This document shows, piece after piece, positions 37,501 through 46,340 of a DNA stretch of 64,000 nt. Under the pieces are notes generated by a model. It searched no databases. It had not been told where the DNA came from and saw only the letters and a program-made list of their open reading frames with translations. This stretch comes from a candidate division FCPU426 bacterium (GTDB lineage Bacteria; Oederibacteriota; JAAXVQ01; JAUVAV01). Each line of letters opens with the position of its first letter. Position 1 is the first letter of the stretch. Both the position numbers and the translations under genes were made by a program. The stretch lies in NCBI GenBank assembly GCA_040756875.1, contig JBFLYH010000002.1:318526-382525 (forward strand), written 5' to 3'.

Positions 37501-40500
37501 CGAGCGGTGCGCCGGGAGCTCCGATAAAATCGTCTTCCCAAGCTATATCTCCGGCAACAGGCAGATAGGGCGTGGGTGTCGAGGTGGGAGTAATGGAGGG
37601 CGTCGCGGAACTGGTCGGAGTTATTGTCGGAGTCAAAGTGGCGGTGGATGTCGGCGTATGGGTCGGAGTCAACACGATGGTTGGGGCTGTGCCCAAACTC
37701 GTCAGATAATAATAGGGGAAAGGGTTTAGACGCTGGTCAGGGAGATCAAACGTGCCGTTTCCGTTTCCGCGAATAAAATACAATTTATAAAGCCCGCCCG
37801 TTCCCTGACTGCTGATAATGACGTCTTGCTTACCATCATGATCAAAATCAGCCACGGATGCGTCTCCGGCTCCCGGCAGGTCACAGCCGGAATTATCCTG
37901 CGGATTCAAATCATATGCCAGCACCGGCGCCTGAAATGTACCGGTCCCGGTTCCCAATCGAATATATGCCGCACCCGGGTCATCATCGTCATCATGTCCG
38001 TATATCACATCCAAATTGAGGTCATTATTAAAATCGCCGCTTATCATTCGTGATATATTAGGCGCAGTAAACAGATATTGAGGGGCAGCAAAGGTTCCAT
38101 TCCCTTGCCCCGGATGAATATATAGAGGCGTCGTGAAATCGCAATAGTTTGAATACACTTGGCAACGAATAATATCCGCATTGCCATCCCCATTGAAGTC
38201 ACCTACCACCATATCTCCGGCATATTCATAAGAGCCGAGCGTTGACCAGGAAAAGACCTGCGAAATATTCACATTATTATTGTGATCATTTATTCCAACC
38301 TTAAGGTAATGGGGATTCGGAGTGGTCGACTCCATGAAAACGAGGTCGTCGTACCCATCATTATTTATATCTATCGACCGACATCTCCCGGGCGGCGTGT
38401 ATGTGAAAAGGAGCTTTTTTGTAAATTGAATTGCAGGCTCGATTTGCTGAGTAATGTACAAATAAGCGTTCCCGTCGGCTGTCATCACTGCAATATCATC
38501 ACGGTAACCATCATTATCAAAATCTCCAAGTGCTGTCGAATAAATCGTGCCCCCGCCGGTTTCATCATACACCACAGGCGTATCGAACGTGCCATCCTGG
38601 CGGCTTTTCAGAAGGTATAATGTGTCAATCTCACTGCCGTCTAAACCTGCCATAATGACCATTTCATTGATTGCGAAGGGCCCGGCTGTCGGCGTGCCCG
38701 TCGCGGTGATCGTTATCGTCGGAGTGGGCGTGCCTGTCGGCGTAATGGTAAACGTTTCCGTTATGCTGGGAGTGGCGGTTTCTGTCGGCGTCATGGTCAC
38801 GGTAGGTATGAAATCAGTTACAATCAATTTTATCCCGTCTGTCTTCGATGTTTGACCCAGACTATCCACCACATTCACACGCCATTCCCCCAACGACACT
38901 CCCGAAAGATCAAAGTCACATGTTAAAGCGGCATTATCAACGGCATTAACGTTCGTGGCCCAAACATCTCCGAATCCCGGCCTCGTCAACCTCACTTGAT
39001 CAACCACGCCTTTATCATCGTTATAGTAATTCCCAGTCACTTCAAAGCCTATCAATGGCAATGGCAAGGATTGCGTGGGATTGATTGCCGTAATGACCGG
39101 CACGGGTTTATGGACTCTTTGAATGAATATGTCATTGGCATCATTTCTGGAGTCCTGCCAAACCAGCAGAGCGCCCCCCTGGCCATCGGACGCCAAAGAT
39201 CCCATAGACTGATTTCCCATAACATTCACAACCGGCAGTCCGGTTGACTCCCACCGCAAATCCCCGTCCGCTTTGATCCTTTGTAGAAAAACGTCGCATC
39301 CGTATTGATACGGATAGTTGTTATTTCTCCAGTCATTCCACGCAATATAAGCACCGCCACTGCCATCGGCAATCATTTGAGGAGCGGCCGGGCCGTAGTT
39401 TGTATATCCGCCACCCCAACGCGCAGACTCCCACAGTTTTGTTCCCGTCGGATCGAAGCGGAGCGTTTTCGCGTAAGGTATAGTATTCCATTGCTGGTTC
39501 CACGTTAAAAAAGCACCTTGGTTATTATCAGTTATAATTTGCAATGATTTATTGCTTTCGGTCCAAGTCAAATCTGCTGCCGCCCGAATGCAATTGCCAT
39601 TGGCATTCCACGTGATCATCCCGCTTCCATTCAAATGTTGGGCGTAAATGTCGTCATAATACACCCAACTTCCCGCATATATCCTGCGCCGGTGATCTCC
39701 CCAAACCAGTATTAAGCCACCCAATCCATCCGAAGCTATGGCAACGCCTCCTTGGCCGTAATCGGCGTCGCACACGCAAATCCCATTGTTTAACCATTGT
39801 TCTAATCCGCCGGAATCGATTTTTTGAGTATAAATGTGACTGACGCCGTCACGCGAATCTGTCCAAGCGACGTAGGCCCCGCCACTTCCTTCCGCAATGA
39901 GTGCCGGCTCTGTTTGCGTATTGGCGGCACTGCAAACCGCCAGGCCATTTGCGCCCCACAAGCCGTTGCCATTGTCATCTATCTTTTGCACGTAAATGTC
40001 GCCGCCATCATTTCTGGCGTCTTGCCAGGCCAACAATGCGGCATTACCGTTGACGACCTTTAATGACGTTTGATTGCCATTGGCCGAACAAACAACCTCG
40101 CCATTCATCGTCCATAACGGATTGCCGTTTTGGTCAATACGCTGCCCGTAGATGTCCCAGTTCCCATTCCTGTCGTCTTCCCAAAAGACTATTGCGCCGT
40201 TTTGACCATCCGGAATAATCTTGGGATTTTTTTGATCGCCGGAAGAACTACTAATCACAATTCCCTCGACCTGCCAAATGCGTTCCCCCCACGTATTGGT
40301 TCTCTGGGCATAAAGATCATAACTGCCACTCCGGTTATCCTGCCACACCGTGATGGCTCCGCCTTGGCCATCCGCACAGGCTTGCGGGTTTTCCTGAGAA
40401 TCACCGGCAAGGCACACTTCCTCCCCCTGGTCCCTCCACATCGCGCCAGGCAAAATAACCGGGGTAGGGGTTATGGTTGGCGAATGTGTTTTTGTCGGCG

Positions 40501-41929
40501 TAAGGGTCGGGGTGTCGGTTTGTTCTGGCGTGGGTGTCGGTGTAAGCGTCGGAGGCGCATCCGGGACCGATATCCTTTGCGCATAAATATCCGGAGCTTC
40601 GTTTCGCGAATCTTGCCAAGCGATGATCGCTCCACCGGCATTATCGCCGACTATTCTCGGCCTGACCTGGTCATGGTCCTCGTTGCCCAAACGAACCCCG
40701 TTGCTCGGCAAGAGATTCAATCCGTTATAATCAAGGCATTGGTAATAAACATCATGGTTCCCATTTTGATCGCTATCCCAGGCTATGATCACATTCCCAT
40801 ACCATCCGGCCGCCAATTGCGGGGTTACCTCTTCTCCCGGCCCTGCCGAGACAGCCCGTCCCGCGCCTTCCAATAATTGGGTCCCGTTTCCGTCAATATA
40901 TTGGATAAAAACATCATTCGTTCCGTTTCGAATGTCAGACCAAGTCACAGCCAATCCGCCCGAAGGGGCCGCGATGGCATCCGCGGATGTTTGGTCGTGG
41001 CTTTCAGTGCATATGATTTGGCCGGAGGCAGACCACAAACGCTGTCCAACGGCGTTAAGCCGTTGGCAATAAATGTCCATATTCCCATTGCGGTCATCCG
41101 ACCATATATAGGAAACACCGCCCTGCTGATCGGAGAGCATTTTGATTAATTGTTGATTGTGGTTTTCCTGGCAGACAGAAACGCCGTTGATTGTCCAGAG
41201 CGGCGCGCCCGTGGCATCGAGGCGTTGACAATAAATATCTGTATTTCCATTTCGATCATCGGACCAGGAAATATACACTCCCCCATTACCATCCGGCACC
41301 AATTGAGGATTGTTCTGATTTCCAGTTAAAGAACAAACAGGACGGTCCGACGTCCCCCACTGGATATTTCCCGTTCCGTCTATTCTTTGGGAATAGATGT
41401 CGTTATCACCGTTCCTTGTATCCACCCATGCCATGAACAACCCGCCTTGCCCGTCGCCAATGGTCCAGATCCATTGCTTGGACCGGGTCGCCGCAAGGGT
41501 ACCTGACCATATCATCTGGCCGTTTTCATCCAGATGGACTGCCAGTGTCCTAGGTCCTGTACTGCTCCAACCCGAGTTATCTTGTCGAGAAACATAGAAT
41601 GTTCCACCCTGGCCATCCCGGCAAAAAGAGTATTGCGAAAGATAGTTGTCGTTGTCTTTAATGGCTTTACCATCCGCTTCCCACAGCGCTTGTCCATTGC
41701 CATCCAGATGTTGTGAAAACAGGCTCCACCGCCATTCATCACTGCGATTGTCCGACCACAACACCAATGCCCCGCCTTGATCATCGGTTAGTATCATTTG
41801 TCCGGTTTGGGTATTTGTTGCAGTACAAACAGCGACTCCATCGGCTTGCCACAGTTCGGCCGCCATAGTGACCGATTGCAGAGGCAATATCAGAATGAGC
41901 GAAAAAAACATGACCCTGATTTTTATCAT
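34598..41929 (-). CDS. 2443-aa secreted multidomain protein: two 8-repeat WxDxR propellers, IPT-like, FG-GAP/VCBS, CBM-like, GH99/GH71-like domain, Pro/Thr linkers, T9SS-like C-terminal domain
   Basis: Signal peptide, 16 DGxGG..W.D.RN..DIY.QR repeats, GDFNGDG repeats, WPGFDD and IASWNDWFEGTNIEP, terminal AYPNP...GIY...KKVALIN. Confidence 0.8.
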   Translation of the reverse strand: MIKIRVMFFSLILILPLQSVTMAAELWQADGVAVCTATNTQTGQMILTDDQGGALVLWSDNRSDEWRWSLFSQHLDGNGQALWEADGKAIKDNDNYLSQYSFCRDGQGGTFYVSRQDNSGWSSTGPRTLAVHLDENGQMIWSGTLAATRSKQWIWTIGDGQGGLFMAWVDTRNGDNDIYSQRIDGTGNIQWGTSDRPVCSLTGNQNNPQLVPDGNGGVYISWSDDRNGNTDIYCQRLDATGAPLWTINGVSVCQENHNQQLIKMLSDQQGGVSYIWSDDRNGNMDIYCQRLNAVGQRLWSASGQIICTESHDQTSADAIAAPSGGLAVTWSDIRNGTNDVFIQYIDGNGTQLLEGAGRAVSAGPGEEVTPQLAAGWYGNVIIAWDSDQNGNHDVYYQCLDYNGLNLLPSNGVRLGNEDHDQVRPRIVGDNAGGAIIAWQDSRNEAPDIYAQRISVPDAPPTLTPTPTPEQTDTPTLTPTKTHSPTITPTPVILPGAMWRDQGEEVCLAGDSQENPQACADGQGGAITVWQDNRSGSYDLYAQRTNTWGERIWQVEGIVISSSSGDQKNPKIIPDGQNGAIVFWEDDRNGNWDIYGQRIDQNGNPLWTMNGEVVCSANGNQTSLKVVNGNAALLAWQDARNDGGDIYVQKIDDNGNGLWGANGLAVCSAANTQTEPALIAEGSGGAYVAWTDSRDGVSHIYTQKIDSGGLEQWLNNGICVCDADYGQGGVAIASDGLGGLILVWGDHRRRIYAGSWVYYDDIYAQHLNGSGMITWNANGNCIRAAADLTWTESNKSLQIITDNNQGAFLTWNQQWNTIPYAKTLRFDPTGTKLWESARWGGGYTNYGPAAPQMIADGSGGAYIAWNDWRNNNYPYQYGCDVFLQRIKADGDLRWESTGLPVVNVMGNQSMGSLASDGQGGALLVWQDSRNDANDIFIQRVHKPVPVITAINPTQSLPLPLIGFEVTGNYYNDDKGVVDQVRLTRPGFGDVWATNVNAVDNAALTCDFDLSGVSLGEWRVNVVDSLGQTSKTDGIKLIVTDFIPTVTMTPTETATPSITETFTITPTGTPTPTITITATGTPTAGPFAINEMVIMAGLDGSEIDTLYLLKSRQDGTFDTPVVYDETGGGTIYSTALGDFDNDGYRDDIAVMTADGNAYLYITQQIEPAIQFTKKLLFTYTPPGRCRSIDINNDGYDDLVFMESTTPNPHYLKVGINDHNNNVNISQVFSWSTLGSYEYAGDMVVGDFNGDGNADIIRCQVYSNYCDFTTPLYIHPGQGNGTFAAPQYLFTAPNISRMISGDFNNDLNLDVIYGHDDDDDPGAAYIRLGTGTGTFQAPVLAYDLNPQDNSGCDLPGAGDASVADFDHDGKQDVIISSQGTGGLYKLYFIRGNGNGTFDLPDQRLNPFPYYYLTSLGTAPTIVLTPTHTPTSTATLTPTITPTSSATPSITPTSTPTPYLPVAGDIAWEDDFIGAPGAPLGLWPNRYNVLQGYAATNSYGAVTKTSADSWGKVETGAITCDVTTYHVAEISVAEVSINADWKLSIRQNEGAWLYVNLNPSGASQPGIYTFDFMAITGWSWTGTHSFSLEIVVEGSGGKNVVVDYVKVRKPFPGYTPEPTPVHSSLMDQATPVVLGHFMMSFGNPNVYTAQDDNQWHGWNENGHNPDNLVAPNKRDVASVYYPYFPNPDPDVTPDYNLGGPWDTTDPALVEAHRNELIYADMDGGTFDLQSYYQITGGVLQPGVESWHVGAMRGYLQQFKDETRRHFSALMVYEDKTQWKWVNWSNRADTAAAAKNDLTHWLELFLEAGYDGVQYKINGRPVVYIFSYEENFGTRGYGRLSAQELKDWKDAWTTAHGGVSPILVTSIRQTEHSAELEGGSVKYKDVFEGFFDWPVITGPANPPYDVYNDFSLETSIWSGQDLNARYKVLSGEYSFVGSGAWPGFDDGGVMGWGAGIRRGIPRKEGNEYLFPYHLNRVRANGYPVVQIASWNDWFEGTNIEPSVEFSFDYLGVTGGSVRGMKGASIASALLKGAARFSPLANVVMAASMSFSTPREALFRYLDLTRDGVAAIKNKAPNSGDWWVPYWIYMIRHNLANDPDAQAAADAANAAIGNGDFTQAETILQPWVVVLNYTPTPSPTSTITPTATVTATLTTTPTITETSTMTTTPTITPTPRTPQQIKAWPEQGHVMNPGHSQNLLAISKYHQEPQPNIRVHYQVLLGSGTFAGEPETYVLTGANAEPAGAVFSASDERLDLNIIKVDNLGLGGRKYIVIIVLPGKIKGASAEDGTGLEGQEMVYDNEEEALANGQAAMAAMVELIPSHTPTITLTPTFTQSPTLTPTLTPTATPTQAPWLESGKVMAYPNPARGKVRFAYTLSGAGKVEIDIYRLTGERVVHIEERKDGGAGQTLTTTWEAAGVAPGIYICRIRITDSAGKVVLEQRKKVALIN

Positions 41930-42001
41930 ATGAAGCTCCCCTCCGATTTGGCCACTACATCGTCATGGTTAAACTGAATACAATATCCTAAATCTCCCTA
42001 T

Positions 42002-42136
42002 TTAATTAATCGATCTTTGGCTTTCCTTACCTTGCCACTTTACCCGTACTGTCTATGATCCTCGTTCGTTAAAGGTAAATTCCCGGTTTGATGTCGGCGG
42101 CGTTCCAGATCATGGTCAGAGTCTGTCCTGCCGTCC
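42002..42136 (-). pseudogene. Decayed fragment of a T9SS-like C-terminal domain paralogous to the 3' end of the 2443-aa gene
   Basis: Translates GQTLTMIWNAADIKPGIYL*RTRIIDSTGKV, versus GQTLTTTWEAAGVAPGIYICRIRITDSAGKV at 34630-34730. Confidence 0.75.
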
Positions 42137-42372
42137 TTATTTATCTTACTTTCATGACTGTTTTATTCCGGCCAAACGAGCGTTTTTGTTTTTGAATCAA
42201 TCACTAAATACTCCGGACGTTTTTTCTTCAAGACTTTCTTTTCTGGTTGGGTGGTTGTAGATAAAAGCCGGAAAAGCTTCCAAAACGAGGCTTTATTGGA
42301 TAGGACCTTTAACTGGGCTTCCATTGGCTGTCCCCCCCAGATTTGCCAAACGAATTTTACGGATATTAAACT

Positions 42373-43011
42373 TTAGAGTCTTCCGGTTGCCCTATTATTA
42401 CAACATTTTTTCCCATAGAGAATAACACTGCTTGTAAGGTCGCTATTGCTCTTTTTCATCAATTCAGCCAACTGCTTTTTCGCCCGTGTCAGTCTCACCC
42501 CGAGGGCGCGGGGCGTGCATTGCAATTCGGCCGCGGCTTCGGCATAGGTGTATCCCCGCAGATAAACCAGAATCAGAGGGTCGCGATATGTTTCATGCAG
42601 GAAGTAGATCATTTTGACCATTTGTTCCAATTGTTCGCGCAAGGCGTTTAGATCTTCTGGATTTTGTTCGGAAGCTGGCAGGCAGTTTTCGAACCAGCTT
42701 TGTTCGGCAAGCGGAAGGGTTTTGACGACATGGGCCATTTGCAAGGCCATATGCTTGTAGCAGGTGTTGACTGTCACGCGATACAGCCAGGTCCACAGCC
42801 TGGCTTCACCGTGAAAGGTGCTGATTTTCCTTTGCCCTAATACCTTTAAAAATACATTTTGGGCCGCATCGTGGGCTTCAGACGACCGGAGGAATTGGAA
42901 GCATACGCTTAGAACACGGGGATAATAGCGCCGCGCGATTTCGTCGCCGCTGGCTTGATTCCCGGCCATAAATCGGCTGATAAGCGTTTGATCTTCTGTA
43001 TTACAAATCAT
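42373..43011 (-). CDS. ECF sigma-70 family factor
   Basis: AHDAAQNVFLKV, F.GEARLWTWLYRVTVN (region 2), GYTYAEAAAEL...RLTRAK (region 4). Confidence 0.88.
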   Translation of the reverse strand: MICNTEDQTLISRFMAGNQASGDEIARRYYPRVLSVCFQFLRSSEAHDAAQNVFLKVLGQRKISTFHGEARLWTWLYRVTVNTCYKHMALQMAHVVKTLPLAEQSWFENCLPASEQNPEDLNALREQLEQMVKMIYFLHETYRDPLILVYLRGYTYAEAAAELQCTPRALGVRLTRAKKQLAELMKKSNSDLTSSVILYGKKCCNNRATGRL

Positions 43012-43036
43012 TTGCCCCCCGGCACGCCGTTCTCGG

Positions 43037-43414
43037 CTAGACTTGTTTTTTATCCTTGGCAAGCGCCAATACTTCGCGCACGCGCTGGATTTGAAATGGT
43101 TTTTTCATAAAATGATCGCTTCTGAATAGCTGCATCAGTTCCCCCACCCACTCGTCGTATTCGCGGTGCATGACAACGACAAGTGCCTCATCCGGTACTG
43201 CTCCTACCTTTAGTACCCTCCCTTTTTTGTGTGAAGTAACTGTTTCGGTGTCGACGAATATTATTTCGAAGGCAGGAGGATTTTTCAGATCGTCAAGAAT
43301 GGAGGGATTGGTGCTTAAATAGACTTTGTTAAAACCAAAGGAATTGACATGTTCTTTTAATATTTGGCCGGAGTCAACGTCTTTGTCCAATATCAATACC
43401 TTTTCATCACGCAT
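43037..43414 (-). CDS. Stand-alone receiver (CheY-like) domain protein, atypical
   Basis: KVLILDKD, IIFVD, FMKKPF. RBS AGGAG upstream. Confidence 0.7.
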   Translation of the reverse strand: MRDEKVLILDKDVDSGQILKEHVNSFGFNKVYLSTNPSILDDLKNPPAFEIIFVDTETVTSHKKGRVLKVGAVPDEALVVVMHREYDEWVGELMQLFRSDHFMKKPFQIQRVREVLALAKDKKQV

Positions 43415-43455
43415 GGCATACTCCTAACTTTTATTCAGCTTCTTAAACAAATATA

Positions 43456-43472
43456 TTCAAGAAGCATGCCAA
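43456..43472 (-). promoter_or_regulatory. Putative sigma54 -24/-12 promoter
   Basis: TTGGCAT-GCTTC-TTGAA versus consensus TGGCAC-N5-TTGCW, located directly downstream of a sigma54 activator gene. Confidence 0.6.
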
Positions 43473-43544
43473 AGACGCGATGATGAATGTCGTTGTAATT
43501 AAAGGATTATTTAACAGGAAAGATTTCGATTATGATTATAGAAG

Positions 43545-43580
43545 TGTAAATATATCTTACACCTGTAAGCAAAGCTTACA
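43545..43580. promoter_or_regulatory. Tandem palindromic upstream activator sites TGTAA-N7-TTACA
   Basis: TGTAAatatatcTTACA (43545-43561) and TGTAAgcaaagcTTACA (43564-43580). Confidence 0.65.
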
Positions 43581-43618
43581 TGGACATCTAGAGTTTATTC
43601 GCTAATGCATTGTACTTT

Positions 43619-45022
43619 TTAAATGATCTCGTGCTTTTTCAGGAGCTGAATAAACCGTTCACGCGAAACGCCCATCATCTTTGCGGCTTGCGTTTGATTG
43701 CGATCGCATTTATTGAATATGGTTTCAACCAGTTCTTTCTCTTCGCTTCTTTGTTTCTTGCGCAAATCTCGGATCGTAGCCGGCTGTTCGGATACGTCCT
43801 CATTCCTTGGTACTACCATCACTTGGTTATTGGTCAACCCGGCTTGCTTACTGCCATTGAAAATGCTCAGGTATTCGGGCCTTAGAAACCCTTCGATATC
43901 CTCCCGACGAATCATCGATCCTTTGCAATTGAGCACCCCGTGGCTGATACAGAATCGCAACTCGCCGGTATTCCCATACCATGGTAATTTTTGGAACAGC
44001 CTCAAGACCTCCGGTTCAATTGCCGCCACGCGTTTATGGTATTTCTGATTGAACTGCTGAATAAACCCATCCGCCAATAACGGAATGTCCTCCGGAATCG
44101 TGCGCAAGGGGGGCATGGTGATGTGATTGTGCCAAAGCCGGCGGAAAAGATCAGGCCGAAATTCCTGCGTCTGCGCCAACTTGGGCAAATCCTGACGGGT
44201 CGCAGCCAAAATAATCAAATCGAGCTTGATTGGCTGGTTTGATCCAACCCGCCTTATTTCATGCGTATCCATGAAATCCAGCAGGTTTTGTTGCTGTTCC
44301 AACGGCAATTCGCCTACTTCGTCCAGAAACAAAATGCCCTTATCCGCCTCCTCCAGCATGCCCTTCCGGTCTATGGCGCCGGTAAACGCACCGCGGACAG
44401 AACCGAAGAGCTCGACTTGGATCAGACTTCCGGATATATTAGCCAGGTTGACTCGATAAAACCGATCCCTGCGACGGCTGGCCCTGCGGTAAGTTTCTGC
44501 AGCCAGATTCTTGCCAGTGCCGGTTTCCCCCAAAATGAGCACATCGCTTTCTTGGTCCGCCCAATCCAGCAATTTAATTATATTCTCATTAGTGCCCCGG
44601 CCTCGCATCCGGTCAGGCAGAGGCATGGCCTCTTGTTTTGACGCATCCTGCTCCCACAGCAATTCTTCGGCTTTATGCAGGACGTCCTCCACTTTACTTT
44701 TCAAGACCACGGCATTGGCCCCATTTTCTTTGGCATCCAAAAAATCCACGGACGTGCCGTATCCGCTCACCATTAGTATTGGCAACTCCTCCCGGTTCCA
44801 GCGATCTCGGATCAACTTGACGATATTCACGCCTTCAGCTTCCTGGCCGTGGCCAAAATTGATATCCAAAGTCACTAGATCCGGACTAAACGTCTCGATT
44901 TTTTCTAGAGTTTCTTTGGCATTTTTTGCCTGTTCGACTTCATAACCTTTCAGGGTGAACAACTCCTTATAAATTTCTATAGGTTCGGCTTCGTCATCAA
45001 CAATCAATATTTTTTTAGGCAT
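43619..45022 (-). CDS. Sigma54-dependent response regulator (REC-AAA+-Fis HTH)
   Basis: ILIVDDE, LVTLD, GETGTGKN, intact GAFTGA, LFLDEVGEL, WYGN..EL, NQTQAAKMMGVSR. Confidence 0.93.
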   Translation of the reverse strand: MPKKILIVDDEAEPIEIYKELFTLKGYEVEQAKNAKETLEKIETFSPDLVTLDINFGHGQEAEGVNIVKLIRDRWNREELPILMVSGYGTSVDFLDAKENGANAVVLKSKVEDVLHKAEELLWEQDASKQEAMPLPDRMRGRGTNENIIKLLDWADQESDVLILGETGTGKNLAAETYRRASRRRDRFYRVNLANISGSLIQVELFGSVRGAFTGAIDRKGMLEEADKGILFLDEVGELPLEQQQNLLDFMDTHEIRRVGSNQPIKLDLIILAATRQDLPKLAQTQEFRPDLFRRLWHNHITMPPLRTIPEDIPLLADGFIQQFNQKYHKRVAAIEPEVLRLFQKLPWYGNTGELRFCISHGVLNCKGSMIRREDIEGFLRPEYLSIFNGSKQAGLTNNQVMVVPRNEDVSEQPATIRDLRKKQRSEEKELVETIFNKCDRNQTQAAKMMGVSRERFIQLLKKHEII

Positions 45023-46340
45023 CTCTTTTCTCCTTGGGCCCCAGAGTGCGCGGAAATCGAATATAAAACACTGTCCCCTGACCGACACGACTCTCTTTCA
45101 CCCCTAAATTTCCGCCCACTAATCGCACCAGTTGCCGGGCATTGTACAACCCTATCCCGGTCCCTTTCACTTCCGGATTGAGCCGTATAAAAGCCTGGAA
45201 TATACGATCTTGATCGGCTTTAGCAATACCTGGTCCCTGGTCTTCCACTAAAATCGCAATCTCATCCGGATTCGATTCGGCTTTGACCTTGACGGTCGTT
45301 TGCGCCCGGGTGTATATAACCGCGTTTTCCAGAACGTTGATCAGGGCTTGCTGAACCACATGGGCGTCGCTCTCGATGTCCAGGTCACCTGAAAACGGCG
45401 CCACTTCGATGCGAATCCCCCTGCGCCGGGCCATTTCTTCCAGGCTGGCTGCCGCTTCGATGATCTTCTGCTCCAGAGGCACCCACTCGGCCAATATTTT
45501 CACGCCACCCTTCCGCAAGCGTTCATGGTCATTTAAATTCTCGATCAGGCGGTTCAAGGATTCTATATTTTGCGAAGCCAGGCGGAAATCCTTCTGCAAC
45601 TCCCCGGGGTCAGGCTTTTTACCGGTTTGCAGCCGCATTTCATTTTTGGTGATCTGCCCTTGTATGACCGTTAAAAATTTAATGGCGTGGTGCGTGAGGC
45701 CGGTTATCATTTGCGACTTGGTGTTTTCCGCCTCCTGAAGCCTGTTCTGTGTCCTCTGGAGCATCCAGGTCGCCACTCCCAACAACATGACTAAAAGCAA
45801 AATGAGGCTGACCGCGATAAGCAGGTTGTTACGCATATTGAAGAAGGGGTCAAGTTTAAATACCATCTGTACCGCATTGGGCGCGCTGAACAGGTCGGGA
45901 TTAAACGGCAATAAATGCGTAAGTACGAGGTACTTGCCGGTCGGCGTTTTAATAATGCGGGACCCTTCGGCCGCCCTGGCTTTCAGCAATGCGGATTCGA
46001 GGCCTTTAGGATTGCCGGCGCATATCCCTACCTCGTCCCCCACGTAATTGGCGATGTATTGAATGGTGGAAATGCCGGTCAGGAGGTCAACCAAGTCCTG
46101 GAAATTGCTATAATGCTCGTTGATGAGCATGGTCATGGCGCTTTGGCTGAGCTTGTCCGCCAAGGCTTCATATTCTCTGATCCGCTCTTGCTGATAGGCC
46201 TGCAAGGAAGTCAAAATCCCGTGCAGACCAGCCAGGAGCACCAGGCATGCAAATACCAAGACCAAATAGAATCCCACCGGTTGTCCTTTCCGGGACCATG
46301 AAAGGCGGGTGCTGGTTTTGCCAGTCTTGGAAGCAGTCAT
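45015..46340 (-). CDS. Membrane sensor histidine kinase
   Basis: Two TM segments around a periplasmic domain. Atypical H-box GLTHH, then NVLENA, DQGPGI, GTGIGL, GQGTVF. Confidence 0.9.
   Translation of the reverse strand: MTASKTGKTSTRLSWSRKGQPVGFYLVLVFACLVLLAGLHGILTSLQAYQQERIREYEALADKLSQSAMTMLINEHYSNFQDLVDLLTGISTIQYIANYVGDEVGICAGNPKGLESALLKARAAEGSRIIKTPTGKYLVLTHLLPFNPDLFSAPNAVQMVFKLDPFFNMRNNLLIAVSLILLLVMLLGVATWMLQRTQNRLQEAENTKSQMITGLTHHAIKFLTVIQGQITKNEMRLQTGKKPDPGELQKDFRLASQNIESLNRLIENLNDHERLRKGGVKILAEWVPLEQKIIEAAASLEEMARRRGIRIEVAPFSGDLDIESDAHVVQQALINVLENAVIYTRAQTTVKVKAESNPDEIAILVEDQGPGIAKADQDRIFQAFIRLNPEVKGTGIGLYNARQLVRLVGGNLGVKESRVGQGTVFYIRFPRTLGPKEKRDA

Noticed and set aside
42002-42136. 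DGR template repeat for the giant gene's 3' end
   Set aside because: Differences from 34598-34745 are not confined to adenines, many are synonymous, and no reverse transcriptase is in the window.
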